Source: Promethearchaeia archaeon (GTDB taxonomy: Archaea; Asgardarchaeota; Lokiarchaeia; Sigyniarchaeales; SOKP01). Taken from it: a DNA stretch of 15,857 bases. Below are positions 7,550 through 15,857 of this stretch, in pieces. Below the pieces are notes generated by a model. That model made no database searches, was not told where the DNA came from, and saw only the letters and a list, made by a program, of their open reading frames with translations. The DNA lies in assembly GCA_029856105.1 (NCBI GenBank), contig JAHQWH010000212.1, positions 1 to 15,857 on the forward strand, in the 5' to 3' direction. Each line of letters opens with the position of its first letter. Position 1 is the stretch's first letter. A program made the position numbers and the translations under genes.

Positions 7550-9031
7550 TTAATTAAGATTTTCATCCTTTTTCTTTCGTTCGATTTTTTCAATTTCGCT
7601 TTCAATTTTAGAGCTAATACCTTTTATATCGGGTTTAATCTCCATTCTTTCTAAATCTCGTTCTCTTTGTTTTTCTCTAAAATACGATTTTTCTTCAATG
7701 ATTTTTTCTATGGCTTCGCTAGATCTCTCAAAGTTAGGTTTAATGTTCATTCTTTCTTGATCTATTTCTTTTTGTTTTTCAATTCTAAACGCTTTCTCAT
7801 CAATTGAAGATTTTATAGCTTGACTTACTTTTTCCAAATCAGGTTTAAGTTCCATCCTTCTGAGGTCGTCTTCGCGTTGTTGTTCACGCAAAAAGGCTTT
7901 TTCTTGTATTGATTTACTAATTATTTCCGAAGTTGTCTCAAAATCAGGTTTTAATTCTTTTTGTTTATCGTAAATTTCGCGCCGTTTATCCATCCTAAAC
8001 GCTTTTTCTGCCACGGTTTTACTTATTGCTTCTCCCGTTTTCATAAAGTCTGGTTTTAGCTCCATTCTTTTAAAATCTCGTTCTCTTTGTTTTTCTCGTA
8101 AAAACGCTTTTTCACCTATTGAATTAGAGATCGTTTCTCCTGTTTTTTCTATGTCAGGTTTTAATTCTAACCGACGAGAATCGCTCTCTTTCTTTTTTTC
8201 AATCATAAAAGCTTTTTCGTCAACAGACGCTTTAATAGCTTCGCTTTTTTCAATAATTTTAGGTTGTAAATTTGACATTCTCCGATCCGTTTCGCGTTGT
8301 TTATCTCTTCTAAACGCTTTTTCTGCCACGGTTTTACTTATTGCTTCTCCCGTTTTCATAAGGTCTGGTTTTAGCTCCATTCTTTTAAAATCTCGTTCTC
8401 TTTGTTTTTCTCGTAAAAACGCTTTTTCACCTATTGAATTAGAGATCGTTTCTCCTGTTTTTTCTATGTCAGGTTTTAATTCTAACCGACGAGAATCGCT
8501 CTCTTTCTTTTTTTCAATCATAAAAGCTTTTTCATTAATACTTTTACTAATTGCCTCCCTTGTGCTTTCCATATCAGGTTTTATTTTTAATCGTTGGATA
8601 TCATTTTCCCTTCTCTTTTCAATTAAAAACGCTTTATCATCGATGATTTTACTTATTACTTCACTAATACCTTTAAAGTCAGGCTTCAGGTCTGTCCTTT
8701 TAAGATCTACTTCTCTTTGTTTTTCCCTCATAAATGCTTTTTCTCCGATGGTTTTTTCTATTGCTTCACCAGTTTGTTCAATGTCAGGTTTTAGTTCCAT
8801 TCTTTCTAAATCTCGTTCTCTTTGTTTTTCTCTCATGAAACTTTTCTCGGATATCAAGGCAGAAATCAGTTCTTTACTCTCTTCAAAAGCATCTTTCCGT
8901 TCTACCTCGAAACTTTTTAAGTACTGTTCCCTTTCTTCCTTTTCTTTTTTATATAAATCATCAACAATCTTCTTTTGGGTTTCAATCTCTTCGGATGTTA
9001 AAGGCTTTTCATTCTCTTCCAATTTTCTCAC
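7550..9031 (-). CDS. Highly charged tandem-repeat protein (12 x 35 aa), unknown function
   Basis: 493 aa, GTG start. Residues 60-479 are 12 gap-free units of consensus I-x-E-K-A-F-x-R-E-K-Q-R-E-x-D-x-x-R-M-E-L-K-P-D-x-E-K-T-x-E-A-I-S-K-S. No TM segment or signal peptide. Confidence 0.9.
   Translation of the reverse strand: MRKLEENEKPLTSEEIETQKKIVDDLYKKEKEEREQYLKSFEVERKDAFEESKELISALISEKSFMREKQRERDLERMELKPDIEQTGEAIEKTIGEKAFMREKQREVDLKRTDLKPDFKGISEVISKIIDDKAFLIEKRRENDIQRLKIKPDMESTREAISKSINEKAFMIEKKKESDSRRLELKPDIEKTGETISNSIGEKAFLREKQRERDFKRMELKPDLMKTGEAISKTVAEKAFRRDKQRETDRRMSNLQPKIIEKSEAIKASVDEKAFMIEKKKESDSRRLELKPDIEKTGETISNSIGEKAFLREKQRERDFKRMELKPDFMKTGEAISKTVAEKAFRMDKRREIYDKQKELKPDFETTSEIISKSIQEKAFLREQQREDDLRRMELKPDLEKVSQAIKSSIDEKAFRIEKQKEIDQERMNIKPNFERSSEAIEKIIEEKSYFREKQRERDLERMEIKPDIKGISSKIESEIEKIERKKKDENLN
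7995..8533. repeat. Near-identical 224-bp intragenic direct repeat (7995-8218 and 8310-8533)
   Basis: Offset 315 bp (3 x 105). One mismatch found (a8047/g8362; F vs L in KPD[F/L]MKTGE). Confidence 0.92.
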
Positions 9032-9192
9032 TTGAGGAATTGATTAATAGGTTTTTTAAAATATAATATCAAAATTTGTATTTAATAATTTACTTATCCA
9101 AGAATTAATAGATTTCAATATTTTAAATCTTGGAATGACAAATTTTCTTAACTACTAAAAGAATAGGAAAAGGAAAACAAATATATTTTCGA

Positions 9193-9945
9193 TTAAATAG
9201 AAGATTTTATTGGAATTGGTTCAAACGATTCGTCTGACATCGAATCCATTAGACTAATCATTGTAAGTTTCATCGATAGCATTTCCATAATTTCCGTTGA
9301 TAATTTTTGATAAAATTCTGACCCCTCTGTAATATTGAATTCGGATGCTAAGGTATCGTATCTGTTTTTCAAGTTCGCTTTTAAACTATCTTGATTATCT
9401 AAATTTATAATTTGAGTTTTTAACCAGTTGTCAATTGCGTCCTTTATTTCAATCTCAATTCCGTCTTTAAGAGAATAAGAAATCTCCACTTCTTGAAATT
9501 TATTAGCTCTATCAAGGTATTTTTGGTCTTGATACATTGGTTTAAGAAACAATCCTAAATTTATAATTAGTGGCTGGATTTGAAGCCTATCCAAGGAATC
9601 TGAAAAAAGTCTCAATATTTGCTTTTTCTGCGTTAATTGCGCGTAATCTACATAATCTTGAATAAATCTCATCAATGCGTTTTTTATTAACAGTTCTTGA
9701 AAATCATTTACAGATTCGGTTCTTAAATCTAAAGTAGATTCAATGCAATTATAAACGGAATTCATAAACGGTTTAATATTTTTAAACATCGAGAAATAAT
9801 AGATAAACTGGACAATCTTACCTAATATTTCTATTTTAAGGTTGTCTGAATCAAAATTATTCTCAATTTTCTGATCCAAATTAAATTTCTCATCAGATAT
9901 CGATAAGAACTGTTTTATTTCAAAATATTTTGATCCCAAATCCAT
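9193..9945 (-). CDS. Hypothetical protein (250 aa, predicted mostly helical)
   Basis: Long ATG-started ORF in AT-rich DNA with native composition. No motif recognised. Confidence 0.8.
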   Translation of the reverse strand: MDLGSKYFEIKQFLSISDEKFNLDQKIENNFDSDNLKIEILGKIVQFIYYFSMFKNIKPFMNSVYNCIESTLDLRTESVNDFQELLIKNALMRFIQDYVDYAQLTQKKQILRLFSDSLDRLQIQPLIINLGLFLKPMYQDQKYLDRANKFQEVEISYSLKDGIEIEIKDAIDNWLKTQIINLDNQDSLKANLKNRYDTLASEFNITEGSEFYQKLSTEIMEMLSMKLTMISLMDSMSDESFEPIPIKSSI

Positions 9946-10065
9946 TAATTATTTTATTGAACCATAATATTAATAGAGCGTTATTTTATTTTACAAAAAA
10001 GTAGAAAAATAATTATATAATTATTAAAAAGCTGTGTAATTAAATTCATATTACATTTCCTTTTA

Positions 10066-11394
10066 TCACAGTGGGACTAATGCGGTACTACCTTGTTCAT
10101 TAGCAGCATCGATGAGAGCCATTAACTCTTCGTTTGAAATTGGAACTAAATCAAAAACAGTCATTTTGGATAGTTTTAATATCGCTTTTACAGTCTCAGC
10201 TAGATTGTTGCAATCACCAGAAAAAAATACTTTGCGTTTCCCAAATTCCTTTAAAAGCTTATCTCCGACTTCCTCAATCGCACAATGGCCTGCTACGAGT
10301 CCTTTAGTGTAGCCTTCTTTCTTCAATTGTTCCACAATGTTTTCGTCGTGACCTTTACCCATGACGATAAACCAGCCTCCTTTAAATTTGTCCTTATGGT
10401 CGTAAGCAAATACTTGTAAAGTCACCAATGGGTTGTTTTCGCAGCCTTCCCTACATAATAATTCCTTACCTTTAATAATTTTTACATCTTCGGGGAACTC
10501 TTGCAATATATTCGTCCCATACTTCTCCTTATATTCTTCTAAATTCTTTCCCGTAACCTTGATTTTGCTCAAATCACCTTCTCCTAACCCTCGTTTAAAA
10601 GCTATTTTTAAATGAGGAACATCGTCTAAAGTTAAACCAAAAATTCTCGCACCAACGACATCAACAGCTAAAGTGTCCCTTCCTCCAATCAAGACATCAA
10701 ATTTTTTAACGAGACGATCTTCCCATACTGTAGGAGAATAATGCCCATGGATTGTGCCCTCAATTCCATCAATAATCGTTATATCTGGTTTAATGTATTC
10801 ATACACATCTACTAATTTTGAATGTAGGTTATAATTGTGGTCTTTACCCCGGTCTGCGTGTTGGGGAAAACCCCATTGGTTTTTAATTCCAAGCGTCACT
10901 CCTGCCATTGAATGGGTTTTAAGTTTCGGAAGATTAATATAAGTAATAGAGTCTCTATTTTCCATAATTTTAGTGATGGTTTTAGGTAATCGAAAGGTTT
11001 TTAAGATATATCCTTTAGAGTTTTCTGCCACGGAAGGTTTCCCTTTAAATTCAAAAGTTTTAGTATCTTCTTCGTCTAAAAATATGATTTTGGCACCCAT
11101 CTCCTCACATACATCCTTAAAACCGTTAATTGCAAAAACTATTCGAGTCATATTTGCTTGCGTAGAGTTTTCCATGACATATACATCTGCACCAATATTG
11201 TTAAGATATTCTATTACTGCTTTTAAGACTTCTGGAGATGTGTAACTATGTTTATGATAATCTATACCATTTACTTTAATATAAACTTCCTTCGAGCTTT
11301 TCAAAATTGGTTCGATCTTTTCTAAATTATTAAACATTTCGTTAACTGCCGATTCCAAACCTTGTTTAGTATTGACTATATACACTTCTGTCAT
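10066..11394 (-). CDS. DUF362-family putative Fe-S protein
   Basis: VYIKVN...TSPEVLKAV, INLPKLKTHSMAGVTLGIKNQWG, IIDGIEG, DTLAVDVVGARIFG...VPHL. The C-terminal extension carries CREGC, GHC and GDC cysteines. Confidence 0.85.
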   Translation of the reverse strand: MTEVYIVNTKQGLESAVNEMFNNLEKIEPILKSSKEVYIKVNGIDYHKHSYTSPEVLKAVIEYLNNIGADVYVMENSTQANMTRIVFAINGFKDVCEEMGAKIIFLDEEDTKTFEFKGKPSVAENSKGYILKTFRLPKTITKIMENRDSITYINLPKLKTHSMAGVTLGIKNQWGFPQHADRGKDHNYNLHSKLVDVYEYIKPDITIIDGIEGTIHGHYSPTVWEDRLVKKFDVLIGGRDTLAVDVVGARIFGLTLDDVPHLKIAFKRGLGEGDLSKIKVTGKNLEEYKEKYGTNILQEFPEDVKIIKGKELLCREGCENNPLVTLQVFAYDHKDKFKGGWFIVMGKGHDENIVEQLKKEGYTKGLVAGHCAIEEVGDKLLKEFGKRKVFFSGDCNNLAETVKAILKLSKMTVFDLVPISNEELMALIDAANEQGSTALVPL

Positions 11395-11465
11395 TCTTTA
11401 AACACCAATTACATTAAGTAACAATGTTGTTTATTATGCTATTTATATTATTTCATAGCAAAATT

Positions 11466-11488
11466 TATATATCAATAATCGATATATA
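11466..11488. promoter_or_regulatory. Palindromic putative PadR operator in the divergent DUF362/padR promoter region
   Basis: TATATATC-AATAATC-GATATATA (8-bp perfect arms, inner AT/AT also pair), 65 bp upstream of the padR ATG. Confidence 0.55.
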
Positions 11489-11552
11489 TCCATAAGTGAG
11501 ATATTATATAATATATATTTTCTTATAACAACTTTTTTGAAGGTTTAATGCT

Positions 11553-12140
11553 ATGGTAGAAGAAATTACAAAGAATTTTGAAAAAGCAATGAAAAAAGGC
11601 TTCATAAGCGCGCTTATATTGTTAATTCTCGAGAAGAACCCTTCATACGGTTATAAAATTAGCAAAGATATGACGTCCCGAACTCTCGGAATATGGTCCC
11701 CTCCCGCATCTACAATGTATACTGTGCTTAAGGAAATGACTAAAAATGGCTTAATTCAATACACAGAGCAACAAGAAGAAGGAAGAACTAGAAAAATTTA
11801 CGAAGTAACAAAAAAAGGAGAAGAAACACTAAAATTAATGGTTGAAAAGCAACAAATAATTAATGAATCAATAGAAACACTAATAGCGGCAACAGTAGGC
11901 TCAGATAAGAAATTATCAGGACATTTCTTTCCGATGCAAGGTCCATTTAACTTCTTTTTCGAAAAACTTGAAGAAAAATCCGAAGAGGAGAAATTAAAAT
12001 TATTAGAGTTTCACAAATTGAAGCTTTCGCAAAAGATTAAACGATTAAACGAACAATATCAGAAAATTGAGGAAGTAATCTCAGAATTAAAAAATAAAGC
12101 GATTGATAAAAACTCAGAGGAGGAGAAAAAAGTAGTATGA
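11553..12140 (+). CDS. PadR-family winged-helix transcriptional regulator with C-terminal coiled coil
   Basis: KKGFISALILLIL...SYGYKI...STMYTVLKEM..GLI...GRTRKIYEVTKKGEETL. Overlaps the next gene by ATGA. Confidence 0.93.
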   Translation: MVEEITKNFEKAMKKGFISALILLILEKNPSYGYKISKDMTSRTLGIWSPPASTMYTVLKEMTKNGLIQYTEQQEEGRTRKIYEVTKKGEETLKLMVEKQQIINESIETLIAATVGSDKKLSGHFFPMQGPFNFFFEKLEEKSEEEKLKLLEFHKLKLSQKIKRLNEQYQKIEEVISELKNKAIDKNSEEEKKVV

Positions 12141-13924
12141 ATACATTTAAAATGATTTTAAAATATTGGATGAAATCTAAGAAGGATTTCATTCTCGAAA
12201 TAGTCTATTTATTAATGTCTACGATGTTTTTGGTAATCGTCCCAATATTAATAGGAAGAATGATTGGTGGTTTAGATCCGAATCTTTCAGTGCTTTCTAA
12301 TGCTAGTGACCTAATTATTTCATTTAGCTTGATTCTTATGTTTGGTTTTCTAGCTTTTGTATTGGAAAGAGCCGCGCGGTTAAGAGGGGCTGAGGTTTCC
12401 TCAAGAGCGGTTTATTATCTTCGCACGGATATCAACAACGCCATTTCTCGACAATCTTTTTCTTATTTTGATAAAACTGAGACGGGTCAATTAATTTCAC
12501 GAGCTACAAGTGATGTGGAAGAAAGCGAACAAATCTTTGGTATGGGTTTGAATATGGGATTTAGATCCATTCTCCAATTAGGAGGTGTCATTATTGGGTT
12601 CATTCTTTTTAGCATAGAATTATCTTGGTTATTGTCAATAGCCATTGGAAGTTCTCTTTTATTATCGTATTATCTTGCTAAAAAGTTAAAACCAGTATTT
12701 TTGGAGACTCGAAATAGCTTTGGGGAATTAACTAATACAATTAGAGAAAATATAGTAGGCGCTCAAGTGGTACGGTTGTTTAACACTCAAGGTAAAGAAC
12801 GTCAAAAATTTTCTAAAAACAATGAGCGGTTTTACAAAGCTAGCGTTCATTCAGTAAAATTGAATTCACTCTATATGCCAAGCATATTCGTAATAATTGG
12901 CTTCATGACCGTATTCACATTATTAGCTGGTGGAATCTGGGTAATAGAAGGGGTAATGACGTTAGCTACCTTGATTACTTTACAATCGTTTATCGCGACT
13001 CTTGGATTTCCTTTGGTTATGTTAGGACAAATTATGTTGATGTACATTCAAGCCGACGCGGCTTTAACTCGCGTGAGAGATGTTTTAGAATCAACTCCAG
13101 AAGTTAAAGATTTACCAAACGCAACCCCGATTGAACATATGAAAGGCGATGTAGAATTTGAAAACGTTTCTTTTGGTTACACTTCTGACCATAGGATTTT
13201 AAAAAATGTGTCATTTAATATTGCTTCTGGAAAAAAATTAGCAATCCTCGGAACAACAGGTTCTGGAAAATCTACAATTATCAATTTAATTCCTCGGTTT
13301 TATGATGTAAATGAGGGGGTAATCAAAATTGATCAGGAAGATATCCGTAAGTATCACCTACAAGATTTAAGGAAAAATGTTGGGATTGTATCTCAAGAAA
13401 CATTTTTGTTCAATAAAAGCATTGCTGATAATATTTCGTATGGCAAAGAAAACGCAACTATGGAAGAAATAATTGAAGCGGCCAAAATTGCCAATTTGCA
13501 TGATTTTATCGTTTCTTTACCAAAAGAATACGATACTATTGTAGGTGAACGTGGTACAAGGCTGTCAGGGGGTCAAAAACAACGTCTTTCTATTGCTCGT
13601 GCGTTAATTATAAAGCCAAAAATTCTAATTTTTGACGATTCTACCAGTTCTGTAGATGTAGAAACCGAGTTTGAAATTCAAAAAGGATTAGAAGAAATCA
13701 CTAAGGGAACTACAACTTTCATTATTACTCAACGAATTTCGACTATTCGTAATGCTGATAAGATATTAGTTTTAGATAAAGGAAGAGTAATAGGTTTTGG
13801 TGTTCACAATGATTTAATTAAAACTAACGTGTTATATAGACAAATTTATGAAACATTATATTACAAACAAAAGTCATTACCAGATTTGAAACAAAATAAT
13901 AGTAAAATAGGTGATCTTCCATGA
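12137..13924 (+). CDS. ABC exporter subunit (TMD-NBD fusion, MdlA/TM287-like, degenerate site)
   Basis: Six-TM domain, Walker A GTTGSGKS, signature LSGGQKQR, Walker B ILIFDD (D instead of catalytic E) and H-switch ITQR (Q instead of H), the pattern of the degenerate half of heterodimeric exporters. Confidence 0.95.
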   Translation: MNTFKMILKYWMKSKKDFILEIVYLLMSTMFLVIVPILIGRMIGGLDPNLSVLSNASDLIISFSLILMFGFLAFVLERAARLRGAEVSSRAVYYLRTDINNAISRQSFSYFDKTETGQLISRATSDVEESEQIFGMGLNMGFRSILQLGGVIIGFILFSIELSWLLSIAIGSSLLLSYYLAKKLKPVFLETRNSFGELTNTIRENIVGAQVVRLFNTQGKERQKFSKNNERFYKASVHSVKLNSLYMPSIFVIIGFMTVFTLLAGGIWVIEGVMTLATLITLQSFIATLGFPLVMLGQIMLMYIQADAALTRVRDVLESTPEVKDLPNATPIEHMKGDVEFENVSFGYTSDHRILKNVSFNIASGKKLAILGTTGSGKSTIINLIPRFYDVNEGVIKIDQEDIRKYHLQDLRKNVGIVSQETFLFNKSIADNISYGKENATMEEIIEAAKIANLHDFIVSLPKEYDTIVGERGTRLSGGQKQRLSIARALIIKPKILIFDDSTSSVDVETEFEIQKGLEEITKGTTTFIITQRISTIRNADKILVLDKGRVIGFGVHNDLIKTNVLYRQIYETLYYKQKSLPDLKQNNSKIGDLP

Positions 13925-15857
13925 GTAATGCAGAAGAAAATAAAGAGAGAAAAGAAGAAAAAAAAATCAATCAGCCGTCTTTAAGTTTTCATCGGCGTCC
14001 CTCGTTTGGAGAAGGTAAACCAAACTTAGAACATCCTAGCAAATTTCTGTGGAAATGGATGCTTTCATATCTAAAATCGTTTAAATGGAAATTTGTGCTG
14101 TATTCTATATTTCTCTTATTAGGGACCATGATTTTAACCATAAATCCGTTACTTTCTGCGACTATAATAGATAATGGGATTTTAGCAAGGGATCCATATT
14201 ACGTAATAATCATGAGTGTAGTGTTTTTAAGCCTACTCGTCCTCATGGCAATCACAACTTATATTTCTCAATACGGAATGGGAAAAATATCGCAAAAAGT
14301 TACGTACGAAGTAAGAAATGATCTCTTTTTTAAATTGCAAGACATGTCTCTTAATTATTTTGATCAACATCCATCAGGAGATATAATCTCAATTACAACT
14401 AACGACGTTAATCAACTAAACTTACTAGTAGGCGGGCAATTTGTACAGATAATAACTAATATTGTATCCATTGGTATTACTATATTAATTATGTTCTTGC
14501 TCAACATCTATTTAGCCTTAATCAGCTTGGTAATAATTCCAATATTTTTTGTTATGGCAATTTTTATTCAAAAAATTATAATGGGAGTTTTTAAGAAGGC
14601 TAGAGAAACGATTGGTCAAGTTACAACTTCGATTCAGGAGAATATTGCAGGAGCGAAGATAGTAAAAGCATATGGACAAGAAAAAAGAGCGTCTTCCGAA
14701 TTTGATCAAGCAAATACAGCTAATTATAAGATAATGGTTAAGATTAGAAGAATTATGTCTACAATTTTCCCTCTATTCTCTTTAATAGTTACGGTTCTAA
14801 CAGTGATTATACTATTACTTGGAGGTTTTATCGCAATTGGAAAAATTAATATTTTTGGTATAACCGTTTCGGTTGGAGTTCTAGTTGCTTTTATTTCGTT
14901 ACTTTCTCAATTTTTCCGCCCATTCATGATGTTATTACAAATGCAACAAATTCTAGGAAGCGCTTTGGCAGCTTCAGATCGAATCTTATCTGTATTAGAA
15001 GAAAGCGTAGAAATACCTGAGCCAAGAAGTGCGAAAATATTTTCCGAACCTAAAGGAAATATTGAGTTTACTAACGTTAGTTTTGGCTACGTTTTAGATA
15101 ATAATAAGGAAAAACAATCACCTGAAATTACATCTGAATCTCAAGCACCTGACGAACGAAAACTCATGATGCAAAATCCAATGATTAAAAAAGCAATAGA
15201 AATGATGAAAACTTTCCCGGAACCATATTCCTCTTTCATGCTTAAAAACAGCATGTTTATGCCTCAAAACGTTCGACAGAAATTGTTCATGAGCTTAATG
15301 AGAGTTAAACCCGAGGATGCTCCTAAGATAATTGACGAAATTTTAGACGAATACCATTTTGCCGTTCCAAATACAGATTTAGCAGAAAACCATCCTGAAT
15401 ATGATACATCCTTTAAAATTAAAGATAGCGATCTAAAGAAAGGCATACCTTCAAAAGATAAATCGTCAATGGGGGAATTAATTCCTCCCAAAATGATCGA
15501 AATGATGGTTAAAAACTTAGAAAAAATGCTTCGCTCAAAATCAGGTTTTAAACAACCAACTAGTGGTGGAATGGGAGGAGACAGTCAAGGACTAATGGGT
15601 GGTGGCGCAATGCAGATGTCTCCTCAAGCAATCCTCGAAACACTTGCCAGTATATCAATTCCTCCGGAGATCTCAAATAAGATTCCAAAAGTAGTAAAAG
15701 ATGCTATAGAAGAAAAAAAGATATTAATTAAACACCAACAATCTACAGGTTACGTATTAAAAGATTTAAACTTAAAAGTCCCTCCTGGTGCTACTCTGGC
15801 AATTGCTGGTGAGACTGGCGCAGGAAAGACAACGTTAGTAAAGCTTCTCGCTCGATT
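13921..15857 (+). CDS. ABC exporter second subunit (TMD-NBD, MdlB/TM288-like), partial at right edge, with large insertion at the start of the NBD
   Basis: Missing from the ORF track; ATG 13921 overlaps the upstream stop (ATGA). TMD motifs RNDLFFKLQDMSLNYFDQHPSGDIISITTNDV and IQENIAGAKIVKAY, IEFTNVSFGY at 15061-15090, and Walker A GETGAGKTT near 15808-15834, all in the same frame. Confidence 0.93.
   Translation, partial: MSNAEENKERKEEKKINQPSLSFHRRPSFGEGKPNLEHPSKFLWKWMLSYLKSFKWKFVLYSIFLLLGTMILTINPLLSATIIDNGILARDPYYVIIMSVVFLSLLVLMAITTYISQYGMGKISQKVTYEVRNDLFFKLQDMSLNYFDQHPSGDIISITTNDVNQLNLLVGGQFVQIITNIVSIGITILIMFLLNIYLALISLVIIPIFFVMAIFIQKIIMGVFKKARETIGQVTTSIQENIAGAKIVKAYGQEKRASSEFDQANTANYKIMVKIRRIMSTIFPLFSLIVTVLTVIILLLGGFIAIGKINIFGITVSVGVLVAFISLLSQFFRPFMMLLQMQQILGSALAASDRILSVLEESVEIPEPRSAKIFSEPKGNIEFTNVSFGYVLDNNKEKQSPEITSESQAPDERKLMMQNPMIKKAIEMMKTFPEPYSSFMLKNSMFMPQNVRQKLFMSLMRVKPEDAPKIIDEILDEYHFAVPNTDLAENHPEYDTSFKIKDSDLKKGIPSKDKSSMGELIPPKMIEMMVKNLEKMLRSKSGFKQPTSGGMGGDSQGLMGGGAMQMSPQAILETLASISIPPEISNKIPKVVKDAIEEKKILIKHQQSTGYVLKDLNLKVPPGATLAIAGETGAGKTTLVKLLAR

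Noticed and set aside
7595-8854. PPR (35-aa) repeat or CRISPR array
   Set aside because: Lacks the PPR hydrophobic helix-turn-helix consensus (YN.LI..Y...G....A..LF..M) and is far more charged. The DNA repeats are 105-bp in-frame coding units without unique spacers.
8151-9035. 294-aa plus-strand ORF
   Set aside because: Antisense shadow of the repeat gene. Its S/F/L-rich repeats simply mirror K/E/R codons, and there is no independent coding signal.
15091-15753. Intein as explanation of the ABC insertion
   Set aside because: No N-terminal C/S block A, no TxxH block B, no terminal H-N/Q followed by C/S/T (KHQQST does not fit), no LAGLIDADG motif; composition is helical and Met-rich rather than HINT-like.

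Overview
AT-rich prokaryotic window that most likely comes from an Asgard archaeon (Lokiarchaeia-like; inferred from a Rab-like GTPase, a V4R protein, a stand-alone longin-like protein and an archaeal tetraether synthase occurring together). Left to right: partial Rab-like small GTPase (-), V4R-domain protein (-), acyl-CoA dehydrogenase (-), radical-SAM tetraether lipid synthase Tes/GDGT-MAS (-), a GC-rich structured ~120-nt element in a long AT-rich intergenic region, a small 4-TM membrane protein (+), a putative AbrB-like/ACT protein (-), a longin-like protein (+), a protein with 12 exact 35-aa tandem repeats (-), a hypothetical protein (-), a DUF362 Fe-S protein (-), and a padR-ABC-ABC heterodimeric exporter operon (+) that runs off the window. 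Most notable unexplained signals: (1) the candidate small structured RNA upstream of tes; (2) the 35-aa repeat protein; (3) a ~73-bp direct repeat that duplicates the 3' end of tes and brackets the acyl-CoA dehydrogenase gene like an inserted cassette; (4) a ~215-aa Met-rich domain inserted in the NBD of the second ABC subunit. No CRISPR array, rRNA, tRNA, integrase or transposase was seen.
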